Source of the DNA: Phoronis australis | Taxonomy: Eukaryota; Animalia; Phoronida | DNA length: 64,000 nucleotides | Assembly (NCBI GenBank): GCA_002633005.1 | Contig: NMRA01000395.1 | Location: forward strand, 168,994-232,993 | Direction of reading: 5' to 3' | In this document: piece after piece, positions 11,137 through 24,088 of the stretch | Numbering within the stretch: position 1 is the first letter of the stretch | How the letters are laid out: the number at the start of each line of letters is the position of its first letter | Made by a program: the position numbers and the translations under genes | Notes under the pieces: generated by a model | What the model saw: the letters and a program-made list of their open reading frames with translations, nothing else | Databases searched by the model: none | What the model was told of the DNA's origin: nothing

Positions 11137-12400
11137 TTTTCATGCGCCCACATGTATATATGTTTGCATATATTACAGTGGTCTCCAGCTCAGGGGCACC
11201 TGCTGCTGTATCTCCCAAACCCTTTGCATGGTCTTCATAAAAGTTGGCAGATGTGTTCCAATAAGGCTGAGAACAACTGACATGGACATTTGGATAGATC
11301 CAACTCTGTTGTGCCCCCTAGATGCAAGTTTCAGTTTTTGCGGTTTCCATTTTATCTTCCAAATTTCTTGCTGGATTTTAATGGAATTTGAAAGATTTGT
11401 TCCTATCAAGGAGACAAGCTGCCCATCAATTTTTGGGACACGGCCACAACTGCTGCACCTCCTAGTGGCAGTTTTAGTATTTTATAGTCCATTTTATGTT
11501 TGTCTCTGGGTCTGAAGGATCCTTATGTTGCTACTGATTAGAGTGTGGCTGAGCTTAATATCCGGAGGGATTTAGTATCCTTATGCCCCCTAGTGGCAGT
11601 TTTATTTTATGTGCCTGCCTCAATATCAACCAAATCCTAAAGTTGCAAATTCTGTGACCTGCTGACTCACTGGGCAATAATTCAAGGTTTGATAAATGTG
11701 ATACCTTTTTAAACCTGAGACTCTTTTTAGTTAAGTATTGAACAGTAACAGGTAAACCACAGTGATATGTCCCTTAAGGGATTGTCATTTAATTTGGTAG
11801 GTGTGTACCTGTGAACAGTGGTGTGCCATGGTTGACCTAAGTTGGCTCTGGCTACTGCTGTGCCCCTTGTAGCAATTTCCATTTTCGCTTCTGTGAGTAT
11901 TGAGTCCCCTAGTGGAACCTCATGAATTGTGACCATGTCTTTCTTTAAAGAAGGTAACATGACACTGGCATGTTGTGTGACCCCTACAGGCAATTTTCAA
12001 ATTTAAATGAATATTTTTGGTGTCTCCTTTTTGTCTGCCCAATGGTTAGAAGAATCATTGCGAAATTTGCCCATAGATACTGTTTCAGTTTATTCTAGTT
12101 CTTGCAGTTGACTGGATTTTTACCAAGTTTGATGAATGGTCTTCATGAAATGCGTCAGGCATTTTTTTTATCCAGGAGAGATCAACCTTTGCTAGTTTTT
12201 TGACAACTCCAACTTCTGCATTGCCCCCTATTTGTAATTTTGTTACTGTAGTATTCACTCATGGTATCTACTTCTCCATCTGTCAAACCTCTTGAAGAAT
12301 CATCATGGCAAATGAGTTCCTATTAAGGTGACCAGGACTTATTGGATGTACCTGGCTGCTGTTGTACCTCCTGTAATGGTAATGTTATGTGGCTGTGCAT
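11137..12400 (+). mobile_element. Old degenerate HINE family 1 relative
   Basis: Starts TTTTCATGCGCCCACATGTATATATGT. Contains CTGTATCTCCCAAACC and repeated (C/T)CCCCTAGTGGCAG-type motifs at ~11311, 11455, 11583, 11905. Right boundary uncertain. Confidence 0.6.
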
Positions 12401-12617
12401 CAATATGGATATCTATTAGAATTACATTTGCCAATGTTCGGATGACTAACCTACTCCCTTAGACTGAATGTTAAGTTCATAAAGGTTGCTCACTCTAGTG
12501 TGTGGAAGTACCATTTTTAGTGTACATAATGGGCTTAAGTTAATTATCAGTGTTGCTGTTGTTATAAAGTATTTGTTGCTTTGTTTTGTAATACTTGAAT
12601 TTATGGTGAATATGTGT

Positions 12618-13145
12618 GGTTGGAGCAGTCGCTCAGTTTTGTTGGAGTGGAAGCTGGGTTCCTTTTGCCACATAGAGGTTCAGTCTCCTGGTTATCTCAG
12701 GTCTGTTCATCTAAGAACAAGTCTTCATATATAAACAAGTCGTGAGGTACGGACTCTGGAGGTTTCTGACGTCTGTTATCTATGAACAATTCTTTATCTG
12801 TGAACAAGTCATGGGTACAGACCCGGGAGGTATCTGAGGTCTGTTTATCTATGAACAAGTAGTGAGTTACGCACTCGAGGGTGGGTATTTGGGGTCTGTG
12901 CAGTTGAGTCTTGCCTTGACCAATAGCGACTTGTGTCAGGTATTCCCTTCTCGTGTTGCACGTTTCCACAATTTTTCACTGGCTGGTCATGGAGTACATC
13001 ATTGTGGTGTGCTCCTTCTTCAGTGTGTATCTGCATACTTACGCATTTGGTTGCTCAGATAGCGTCACGGCGCCAGGAGACCTGTGTATGTACCATCAAT
13101 GTGGGGACGACATAGCCACACAGACATCAGTTGATATTTATACAT
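12618..13145 (+). mobile_element. Possible decayed tRNA-derived SINE
   Basis: A-box-like GTCGCTCAGTT..GTTGGAG and B-box-like GGTTCAGTCTCC, internal short duplications, AT-rich tail. Confidence 0.35.
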
Positions 13146-14875
13146 GTATTTAAGATTTTGTAAATTAATGTAAATATAGAATGAAGTGTGATATACTGTT
13201 AGTAGATTATCGAATATTAGGTGCAATCTTATTGGGCTATTTTCTGCCCTTGGGATAGTGCTGCTTAGTGGCGTTTGAGCCCACCGCAAAAATACTCTGC
13301 CTAATTTGCTGGGTAGGCGGTGTATTCTCATCCATGTTTGACATGCTGTAGTCGGACACGTGACAGGGTAATCAAAGATTCACAAGTACGAAGTATTTCT
13401 TACAATTAGTTTCTTGAAATTACTAACTTGGCGACTGTTTTCTCTTGTACTGGAACTTTACAGTCACCAATGCACTTCTTTTTTGAAGTTCTTTGGTTCT
13501 CCCAGTGATTGTTCCGAGCTATTTGGAAGCAATTCCTCTCCGCTCACTCAAGGTTAACTCCAACACAAACGTAGACTCCCATTTTCCTCGCGAACCTAGA
13601 ATGGTGAACATAAGTGGCGCTGATTCTCTTGATGCATTTATAGAAACACGCAGTTTCAGTCGGTCTTAGTCATGCTGTTGAGTTTCCCGCCTTGGATTTG
13701 TCAAAACTAAGTTGCGGCGGGTTAAGAGATGTGCTTCGTTATTTCGAGTCATGGCCCACGTTTTGATGCCTTGTGTTGGACAGATTGTCAATGTCTTACT
13801 TAATATTCTATGCAGTTTGGACTGATCTCATAATGTCGCTGTAGTTCTTGTATTTTTGCAGTAGAATTTGACAAATAAATGATTTTATTGAAAACGGCAT
13901 TCCTGGTTTCAGCAGGTAGGTTGCATTTTTATAATTTGACAGCCTGTATAACGACAAGTGGTTCAAGTCGCAGGTGTGCGTAGTGATTTACTGGTCTCAA
14001 ATCGTCGAAGTTTTCTTAACAAAGTGTGTATAGTGTTATGATAATGTCCGCACATGATCTCTATAATTGTATGGTCGACAGGTTGGACAATAAATTCACT
14101 ATCTATTTTGACTTTTTCTTCATTTAGAGCTTCAAATTTGCAATTTCAACCAAGACTTCTGCTTGGATTTGAAAGTTTTTAAACTGTGCTCGGTTAGGGG
14201 TATCGCCAAATTCAACGCATGCATGTTTGCCAATCTCACTCGCTGTTCCAGCCCTCTGGGGACCTTGTTATGACCAACATGGAAGACGGAGAGGAAAGAG
14301 GACCGCTGTATCCCGCCTAACGATTAATATCTCTCGCTTTTTGACACACGACGAAATTGATCAACTACACTGATTTCTCCTTGCGACATAGTACTATTTT
14401 CCGGCACGTTCATCTAATTTTGCGGAACCCACAATTTCCCGTTCAACTAAAAAACCGAAGAAAGCCGTCGGGCATTATGGCACCCGTAATCTTCGGTTTT
14501 GACAAAAACGATGTGAAGTTTTTGCGTATTGTGGCGAACATGTCACCCGTTAGTATTGACGTTAGATTCGGGTGTCCGTTTTTTCATTTTCGAAAGTTGA
14601 CTACTTTGCAGCAGATGTCGTTCCAAATAACATCGTCTCTGTGTTATGAATACTATAATCTCCACTTTCTTTAGAAACTAACGATCATAAAAATGTGTTC
14701 CAATGTCTCTTGTTTACGGTGACGCACACTACATAGAGCTACATCAGTGTCACTAAGTTTCGCTTTGTGAATAAGTCAGTAATGCAAAGTCCTAACTACC
14801 GCACCTAAATACATAATGTAAAGTCCAAACTACCGCACCAAACAGGCTCGTAGGAAGGAAAAATTATGGGGGGGG

Positions 14876-15017
14876 NNNNNNNNNNNNNNNNNNNNNNNNN
14901 NNNNNNNNNNNNNNNNNNNNNNNNNNNNNNNNNNNNNNNNNNNNNNNNNNNNNNNNNNNNNNNNNNNNNNNNNNNNNNNNNNNNNNNNNNNNNNNNNNNN
15001 NNNNNNNNNNNNNNNNN
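14876..15017. other. Assembly gap
   Basis: Run of N, flanked by poly-G and an ATCCGCCCCTG MITE-like end. Confidence 0.99.
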
Positions 15018-15097
15018 ATCCGCCCCTGGGACAATCGGGGAGGAAACCATCATGAGTTGAGTAACTGTGAGCCAACGAGTTGAGTAACCGTGAACCA

Positions 15098-15190
15098 ACA
15101 CGGAGAGTAAGAATGGGCCTAGGACCAGTACACGGAGAGTAAGAATGGGCCTAGGACCAGTACACGGAGAGTAAGAATGGGCCTAGGACT
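15098..15190 (+). repeat. ~31-bp tandem repeat x3
   Basis: ACACGGAGAGTAAGAATGGGCCTAGGAC repeated. Confidence 0.9.
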
Positions 15191-17585
15191 GACCGGTATA
15201 GCGAGGAGCTTCCTCAAGTAGCTATAGCTGAGATCTAACAGTGTGAAAATACGAAATTCCCGATGAACTAAAGCTAGTTAGTGGTCAGCTCAACTGTTCA
15301 TTCACTTGAGACAGGCAGCTCGTACCGGCCGTCGTTTTATTACGATCCAGTTTCGGGAAACTTTATTTTATTATGGTCATTCTTTGAAGTTTTTTTAAGG
15401 TGAGGTGCCGAAGTCCCTGGTATAGTGCCTTTGGGGCTGTTTCAAAATGCTTAGTTGAAACACCGACGACCGGTAGTCCAGTTTCTGGTAGCTGGGGAAA
15501 CGGTCGATAGTTTGTCCCAAAAATGCTCAAATTCAGTTCCCGTGGATCACTGAGATTCTGCGCGGGCCAACTGCATAGTTCCATCTCATTTTTAACGTTG
15601 GTACGGCGTCAGTCATGACGTGCACGCGAATAAGGACAAGCAATCAATTCAGTTTTGAAGAACAAAAATTCATTGCTTTATACTATTGGAAACTAAAAAC
15701 ACCAAGGAATTGCAAAGACAACCTTTCCAAGCAATGAGTTTAATTTTATATATTTAGGGCTGCATTTAAATTCACTGAAACATCAATTCTTACAAGATTA
15801 GATTCTATTTATAAAAAATCATCTATGAATCTATCGATTTTCGTACACATACAAACAAGTAAATCAGAAACCAACGAATTTATTTATCAAAACAGAATGT
15901 TATGCGCAGTTTCCGCATGCCTGCTTGCAGACTTTTGTCGGGTAACCAGGGCAATATGAGAGATGAGGCATTCGTATTGGGGTGCATTTTTGCTCATTTC
16001 AGAGGTACCTATAACGGTTCACGAGGTAAACTTGAACTCCACTGACAAAAAACGCTCAAATCTTTGTTTATGATTGCGAGAGTTCTTTGAGTACCCCCTT
16101 TCAACATTACAAATAGTATCCTACACTGTAGTGTTTTTCACATGTTAGAATTCCTTACAAACAACTCATAGTAACCATCTTCAAAAGAGATACCGGTACT
16201 ATTCTTGTGATACTATGGGAAATAACATTATTTTATAACTAACCACCGCAAACAGTCCTTTCGTGTAATTCACAAATAGTGGTCTTCACGTTCTTCAAAA
16301 TTCTACCCTTTCGAAGGGGATAATCCTACTGTATTTTTCACATTTTTGCCGGGTTGTTAGGGTCGATTGGCTGGGCTGTACACTAATGTTTTGTATTTTT
16401 TTGGTGAATTTGGAATTTCAACTTCCATCGTGACTACTTAGCTGTGTCGAATTTACATGTATAGAGGGACGAAAGGACATTTCCCCCGAACTGCTCCACC
16501 GAGAGAGGGTACCTTCTGAAATGCGACACCTTAAGATGAAAGGCTAAACATCATTAAGCTTGGAAAAAAGAGTGACAGTGCATTCCGCTGTCGTGTGTTC
16601 CCAAAACGATACAGGAAGTGACCTCCTTCATTATGAAAGCCGCTTGCACGATTTCACAAAAATAGGAAAATAGATGTAATCCATTCCAACATCGTGCCCT
16701 TTCTCCGTGAGCGGTCCCTCAAGAATTTGTCAATAAAAACAAAAAGGGTGACCACTTCAATGTCATCAATGGCCTTTTTCAAGGGCGGGGCCCTTCAATA
16801 CGAAAATATTTATATTTCCATATGTCAGGAAATGCGCAGCAATTGATGTTATCTGTCAGGTCATCAAATTTTCTTAAGTAATATATAGTTTCGAGAAAAA
16901 ATAAAGTGAAAGTTGCCTCCGTTATCCCTGTCCAGAGAGGGGCAGATGGAAAAATAGTTTTGCATTCGTAAAATTGACTTATTGAATTTAAAAATCCAGT
17001 AAATTAGTATGCTCCGCAAAAGCTTCGTTTTACAAATTTTCTCAATTTTTCGATATATAGGTATGATTGATTTCGTGCATGTTTTCAAGTGCGTTTAGAC
17101 GACCTGTGCTGCAAAAGCGGAGACCCTAACGACAATGTCCTGGCTAGGGTCTTCAAAAGGTAAACCATGCACTGTTGCAGATCGAGTTGTTAAATATTCT
17201 CGTGAATTTTCTCTCTTATTCGTATTTCGCAGTCTTTCTTTTTTCGTCTGTCCCCGGCCCCACGCCCATGTCGGTTGCCACGTTTTAACCGTGACACTTG
17301 AAAATTTTTGGGGGGCCCATGTCAAAGTCAACAAAGTGGTTGGATACAGGGCAGTGTGAAAACTGGCATTTTAAAATATGTCGATTCATTCTTGACGATG
17401 TAGACTGTCATTTCGTTTCGCGAGGCGGGAAGTTGTTGATGTTGAGTGTAGGTCTATGGAGACAACTCCGCTAACACAAAGGCGGACATGCTTAAGGACG
17501 GGGGGCATGCAACTGGGACCGCCCCCTGCCTTGGCTGCCGTAAAAAATTAAGCCGACACCAGGTTTGACAATGCCTGTGTGGAGT

Positions 17586-17621
<36 letters not shown>

Positions 17622-17879
17622 TTTTTTTTTTGGGGGGGGGGCAAGGTGAAGTTCCTCCGTACCGCTCTGCTAAAAACCATGAAGCCTGAGGTCCGGGTGG
17701 ACTGATCCGGACGGCCGCACATAGGCGGTGCAGTTCAGTGGTACTGTGAAACAAGCGTCGCATCAATGACGTTTAATTGGTCTCACTGAAAAAATCTTTT
17801 AACGATAGTAGCCCACTTGTTGTTTAAGTCAGGGCTGATTTTAATGACTTTTCCCGCATTTTCACGGAAGGAATGCGCC

Positions 17880-18171
17880 GGATCATGACTTATTGACTAC
17901 CGGTCTGGCGGCCACTCACAACATTTCAATACAAAGTGAAAAAATAATTCAGACACTGCCTTCGTTCGCAGAACTATACACCTAATCGGATTGCTGGGGC
18001 GGCAACGGAAGTCCAGTCATTTTCGATAGTGACCTCTGCTTTTCAAAGGTCTCTATCTCCTACTCGTCAGAGGGCGGTGCTTAATTTACCGTGCTTCCTG
18101 GTTCGTTCGGAACGACAGAGACGTTAAGTTTAGGAAGAAGCAAATAAAAGTTATTAAATCTTGTGGTGAGT
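17880..18171 (+). promoter_or_regulatory. Possible promoter and non-coding first exon of a second gene
   Basis: CpG-rich stretch with an ETS-type CGGAAG site (~18006) and a GC-box-like GGGCGG, ending in a strong donor TG|GTGAGT at 18166. CpG density drops downstream. Confidence 0.3.
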
Positions 18172-18461
18172 ACATTTGCACAGTAAGATGAGAATATTGG
18201 TTGCGCAGAGTACCTCTACGTATACATAATAGGTATCTGTTATAAAAAGAACGAGAGATACTCGACGTTTCATTTCGCATGCAATCTCATGCTGGACACA
18301 TGTTACGTTACTAGTAGTAGTGCTCTAGTGCTCCACAAGACATGAAGGACCTAGTACTCCTAGTAGGCAGTTACAGCACCCTGTACCAGGCTGTAGGCCT
18401 AATGCCGCAGGCATACTGGGGCGATGACTCCAACCCCCCAAAAACTTAAAACACTTAACGA

Positions 18462-18686
18462 CTTGTCAGATATAATGGACCCTGATCTACAGAACCAGTT
18501 TCATCCACCATGGGTCCGTTATTGTTGCCTGGTTCTCTGTATCGGTATGCATTAATTATATCCGACGGCACTGGTCGGATATAGCGGTCCCTGCTTTTAA
18601 CAACCAGGCAATCACTGAATTATGAGCTGGTTATTCAGTGGATGAAACTGGTTCTCAAAATCAGGGACTGCTTTATCTGACCAGTG
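18462..18686. repeat. Inverted repeat / MITE remnant
   Basis: CCCTGAT..AGAACCAGTTTCATCCAC pairs with GTGGATGAAACTGGTTCT..ATCAGGG. Inner hairpin TATCCGAC..GTCGGATA. Confidence 0.7.
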
Positions 18687-20199
18687 CCATATCACGCTGG
18701 TGCCGAAAAGGGCACTTAGTTACTGGTTTAAAAATGCAGTGAAATAAATTTAATACATACCATGACTGTCTCTGGAGACAAGGTTGTCAACATAATGTGG
18801 GCTTCACTCAAGCTTCCCTCACCAGGTGCCATTTTGAGGAAGTTACACGAAGTCACCCCTGTTGATGAACAAAAGCCCAAGGGACACAAATCTTACAAAT
18901 TCTGCTCCATACTACTTTTTGTAAGTGTGACATACCAGGTCGCATGCTTAGCTCAGTCTCTTGCACGACCTAACTCACATGACATCAACTGAAAATTGTG
19001 ATTACCACGTGCGGTGAAAAAAGTTGATGGGTACCAAGCAAGTGGAATTGTTGGAAGATATGTATAAAACCAGGAAAAATCACTGAAGAAAGTATTAGGC
19101 ACTTTTTAGTAGACAATTTTAAGTGTAAAATGTATTTTTGATGAGGTGAAAAGACACGTGTTTGGTGATTATATTTCGGCTACTGTCGGTTTGAAATACA
19201 CGGTTTGAGATGAGTGCAGAAACCGATGACATGGAATGTTGTCCTTTTATAGCCATCTGAGGGCTTCGTGTTGCCTAACATACTAGTAGACGGTCAGTCT
19301 GTCATTTAATCAAATCAGTCTCCTGTATCTAATCAAACCTAAGGCAGTCAGTGAGTGACGACTTGCATGTGAATTATTCAAGGTGTATTAACCTGATAGA
19401 AAATTTCTTGTACTTTATTATGATGTCCATATTTCATAAAATGAACCAAAATCAGAAGATAATTTTGTGTTTTTCTCGACTCACCTACAACGTCAGTTCC
19501 AGGCCATGGAAGCCAGTTCCAGATCATGCAATGTAAACAGTTCTAAAGATGCCCAAATGGTGGCACTCAACAGTATTTGTAGGCTTGGAGCTTAAAAAAA
19601 AACATGTCTTAGCAACTATAACTTTCTGTTTCAGTATTGCGGACTGGGCCACACATTTAAAAAACCTTACACAAAGTCCAACGAAATTGATTCCAAAGTT
19701 CAATTTTCCATTTTTTATGAGTACTACAAGTGCATCTTGGTACTTAAACAACTTTAGACAAACATACACCAAGTGAACAGTCTTCGTGCCTCAGCCAGCA
19801 GAATGGCACGCAATTGAACAGTCTTCTTGCCTCAGCCAGCAGAATGGCATGCAATTGCTAGAAGTTGAGAGAAATCTACTTCAGGCTCTCGATGATTTCC
19901 ACTTTCCTTGAGTTCTTTTTCCTACTTTTTCCTACATTTTATTGAAATCTACTTTTTCACTACATTTTCGTTAAGTTTCACAATGAGTAAATTTCATGAA
20001 TTAAACAAAGAAGCATGTAGTGGAAAAATATATAATCATGCTTACCACATCAGTTAGGTTTTTTAGATAGCACTTTGGTTAGCGGACACCAAGAACTGTG
20101 TTGTAAGAAAAATAATGTCACTGAAGTGAGGATTGCAGTTATATATCAGGTTTTAGGACACATATAAACAGCGATTTCCTATCAAGAGGATCAGAAGTA

Positions 20200-21640
20200 C
20201 ATTAAAGTGACGCAATTTTTGGACTCTCAAAATAAATTCCAGTAGAACAAATCATTCTTGATTGAATGTTGCGGTACAAGATATTTGTGGTGACCGTATT
20301 TGCTGGACCTCGCTAAAAAACAAGACTTCAGGAGATTACGTGGTATTTGGAATGAGAGCACGCGACTTTGTATAGTTGTTTTGTAGTTGTTAGTGCATCC
20401 AGAGGCGCAAACACGAGAATTTCATGTGTACGTAAGAACACAAACTGAATACTTCATGAAATATTGACAAGTAATGCAAGCACATGACCCCACTAGCTTC
20501 CTTGGTGAGATTCTTGCATCTGCGATGTATACCAGAGAGTAACAGGGAATTGGTTAAGTGTAGTGAAGCGTGGTTGTTACATTAATTTTTGATCTGTGTT
20601 ATAGTACAAGGAAAGTATTTACACAACATAACACAAGGGGGGCAATGTCTCTCAACAATTGCGTGAGTACCGCGCGCTATTTGTTCAGCGGTTTGTACGG
20701 CTAAACACACAATGGTTTTCTTATGCCAATGAGCACTGCCAAGAAGACATTTGCAACTGCATACCGAAAAACAAAAAAATGTTTGAACTGTAACAGATTT
20801 TTATTGAAAAATTTTCATTTCAACACAAAATTTGCACTGAATGCTGTGTGAAGTCAGTAATGACTCATTCCTTACGACTTAAACTGTCACAAAATTGAGT
20901 TACAGTCATATCATTGGTAAGACAAGGTGAAAATTACAAAGCCTGTTATACCGATTCTCGGGTTCAAGCTTATAGAGTAGTGATCATCCATTGAACTCTT
21001 TAGCAGCATGAGAGTTGCCTCGATCTGTAATTAACGTTTCTAACATTTTCCTTGCCTGAAATTCGCAAGGCAGAAATCTGATATTTATCACATTGTCTAA
21101 AATTTGTGAACCATTGAAAAACTGTATAGAAAACTCCTTTTAGAAATATTTATTCTTTTCCCAAAATGGCGGGCTGTCCAAAAGTCATACGTCTTTAGCG
21201 TAAGCAAGCCCAGAATGGCTGCACAAAGCTTCCAATCACTGGACGGAGTGCAGATTAGTAGCAGCCAAACTTTTTGTCCGACTATAGTTAATCACACAGC
21301 AGAGCAGCATATAATCTCCTATGTACAACGCAGCCTCGGCCAGGTGCATGCTGTGCGCAACCTAGTTATCATGTGTGCTTTGTAACCAGCATTGCTTTGG
21401 CTTCATCTCATTCGTGCGATATTCGACTAGCAGACATTGCCTGAACAAAAAATATTTCTCATCGCATCATTGATAAAACCCGGACACGTCATCATGATTT
21501 TTTAGCCACAACGACATTTGTAAAAGACACAATAATTTGTCATGAAACGTTTTAAAAATTAAGAATATTCGTAAACATGCAAGTTGCTGTCAGGCATGCA
21601 AGTTCAAGGTCACAGCCGGAAGTTGAACAACATGCTCCAA
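20200..21640 (+). mobile_element. Older copy of the 1-485 / 62.8-64 kb DNA element family, rearranged
   Basis: 20400-20890 and 21202-21640 align with 62830-63870, while 20900-21201 aligns with 160-485. Confidence 0.75.
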
Positions 21641-21728
21641 CTAAAAACAAATGATAGCAGAACACACTTCAGTTGCTGGGCTTGGAATTTTCCTCTAAGG
21701 ATATTCATGTTTTTGGTTTCAATTTCCT

Positions 21729-22979
21729 ATTATTACTCTGCGCGTGTAAGCGCAGAGTACTGTTGTTCCTGGGTTTTCTTCAATCTTATTCTTCTTATTA
21801 TTCTTCTTATTCTTCTTCCGACCAACTTTGAGGCTTAATAACTCCAAATTGGGTGCAGGTATGGTCTTTAAATTCAGCATATGACTTTTGACAGTATATA
21901 AATTTTGATTGGTTATATAATCATATTCCATATTGCATCGAAGAGGTCGTTTGGTGCAAAGGTCATATAATTTTCAAAATGCTACTCCTTCACTTTTAAA
22001 GCTATCTTTTTCAAATTCGGTGAGCAGTTATAAGTCAACATGACAATTTAAAAACTTACTTTTCTAAGTAATCGGGTCATCCAATCAGGTGAAATAGGTC
22101 AAAGGTCATTAGGTGCAAACTAAAATTTTGAGCTAGACACTTCAAATTGACAGGTCTGATTGCCACAGGTAAATCAAATCGGAATCCAAAGTTTCAGGTG
22201 ATTTAGTGCAAACATGGGGTCATTAGGTGCATTTTTCTTCTGAAAATTTGACCTTTTCATTCAGCAAGTATTCTGATGTGTCAACCGTTAGACAACTGTG
22301 ATTCTCAGCGTTAAACACATTTTCCATAAGCTTTGCAATAATTCTCCTAAAGATGCTTAAAATGCACCGGATAAGGTCAATTAGTGCAAAGGTCATGTAA
22401 CGTTCAACATGTTATATCTCTTACGTTTTTCAAGGAATTCTTTTCAATTTCAGCACACTGGTGTAAGTCAACATGCCAATTGAATACCCTACTTTACTTT
22501 GCAATAGGCCTAACCAATCAGAAAAAATAGGTCAAAGGTCATTAAGTGCAAACTAAAATTTTGAGCTAGAGACTTCAGAATTACGTATCTGTTTACTAAG
22601 TGCGATTGAGTTTGAATTCTAAATTTTCAGGTCATTTGGTGCACCCATGGGGTCATTAGGTGCATTTTTCCTCTGAAAGTTTGACCACTTGATTCATCTT
22701 GTATTCTGAAGTGCTTAAAGTAAAACATCTGTGATTATTAGCATTAACCACACTTTTAATCGAGTTAACAATTACTCCCTCATCAGGGCTCATAATGCAC
22801 CGGAAGAGGTCAATTAGTGGAAAGGTCATCAAAAAATTAATATGTAATTTCTCCTACAATTTTGAATTCCTTTTCATATTGGTAAACGGGTTGCTGTCAG
22901 TAACTTCCCATAATAATTCCAGTAATACGCACGCACAGAGTCCGTTATTGTCACGCCGTGACAATAATCTTTCTAGTTT
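21729..22979 (+). mobile_element. Non-autonomous Helentron-like element, family 2
   Basis: 5' hairpin ACTCTGCG..CGCAGAGT, (TTC/TTA)n microsatellite, ~430-bp internal duplication, 3' subterminal IR CGCACAGAGT, terminal hairpin TTATTGTCACG-C-CGTGACAATAA followed by CTAGTTT. Confidence 0.8.
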
Positions 22980-23299
22980 GATTTACTGTTTCTTCTTTGT
23001 TCATCTCTTTTTTGTCATCATTTTGACTTTATTCATGCAAAAAGCATTTGTTGCAGTTAAATTTCTATCAGATAACCCTATTTATTTCTAGAACGTTACA
23101 ACTCCTGGAAAACTTTCCTCCTTTTGTCATGGATCATTCCAAGCCCTGCAGTCACGATACAACGAAAAATAGCAGCATTTAGTTTATTTCCCGTTTTTAT
23201 TTCCATTACAAATTTTCCTTGTGTGGGACTTGGTGATTCTTTCCTTAGATAAATTGTGAAACACAAGATAACTGCAAGATAGACTGGGAAAATAATCAA

Positions 23300-23445
23300 G
23301 TTACGGTTGTATCATCGTTAAGAGAAGGTAAAAATTACGGTTTTCGGACCTTGTACGCATTTCGTGGACCATGGAAAACTTATTTTGGAAATAATTATTC
23401 TTGTCCCAAAATGGCGGGCCATCCGAAAATCACACAACTTTACCG
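23300..23445 (+). mobile_element. Terminal fragment of the 1-485 family
   Basis: ...AAATGGCGGGCCATCCGAAAATCACACAACTTTACCG|TA, near identical to 385-487. Confidence 0.75.
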
Positions 23446-23872
23446 TACCATATGTGCGACATCATATTTATCTTATATAAACTAACTCTTTTTTGTCACC
23501 GCGATGTCGTTATAGTATCGTGTTACTATGTAGCGTTGTCTTGTACTCCTGTGAATGAAGTAGTTCTTTGGAATTTATTCTTCAATGTACATCCATTGTC
23601 TTGAACCTGGTGTCTTCATTATAGCCTCTAACCCGTCAAATATTACATCAGTTGTGCTTTGATTTGATGTTGTGACGTCAAATTTATGTTAAGCGTTTAT
23701 GTGTTGGTCAAGTAATAATTTTTTCAAGACAACAAAATCCTCAATATGGTCACCATCAGTGGGGCCATATCTGCTAAGTGTATCTAAGTGTACTTCCTTT
23801 CCTTCTGAGCTGGACTCATTTCATCTTCAGTTGCTCTTCTTGTGAAAATTTGTGAAAAACGTATTTTCAGGC

Positions 23873-24088
23873 ATGGCCGGCGCAGCACTGAAAAAAGTGG
23901 GGGGCTACAACCCCCCAGCCCCCTGTAGTGCACCGCCTATACACGATGGGCCGCGTAGCACTGAAAAAAGTGGGGCTATAGCCTCCTCCCCAGGTCCCTG
24001 TGGTTCACTGCCTATACACCATGGGCCGCGTAGCACTGAAAAAAGTGGGGCTATAGCCCTCCCAGCCCACTATGGTGCGCTGCCCATG
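23873..24088 (+). repeat. Three tandem ~70-75-bp MITE-like units (partly duplicated at 24245-24402 across a single N)
   Basis: Unit CATGGGCCGCGTAGCACTGAAAAAAGTGGGGCTATAGCC...GCGCTGCCCATG with short inverted ends. Confidence 0.7.
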
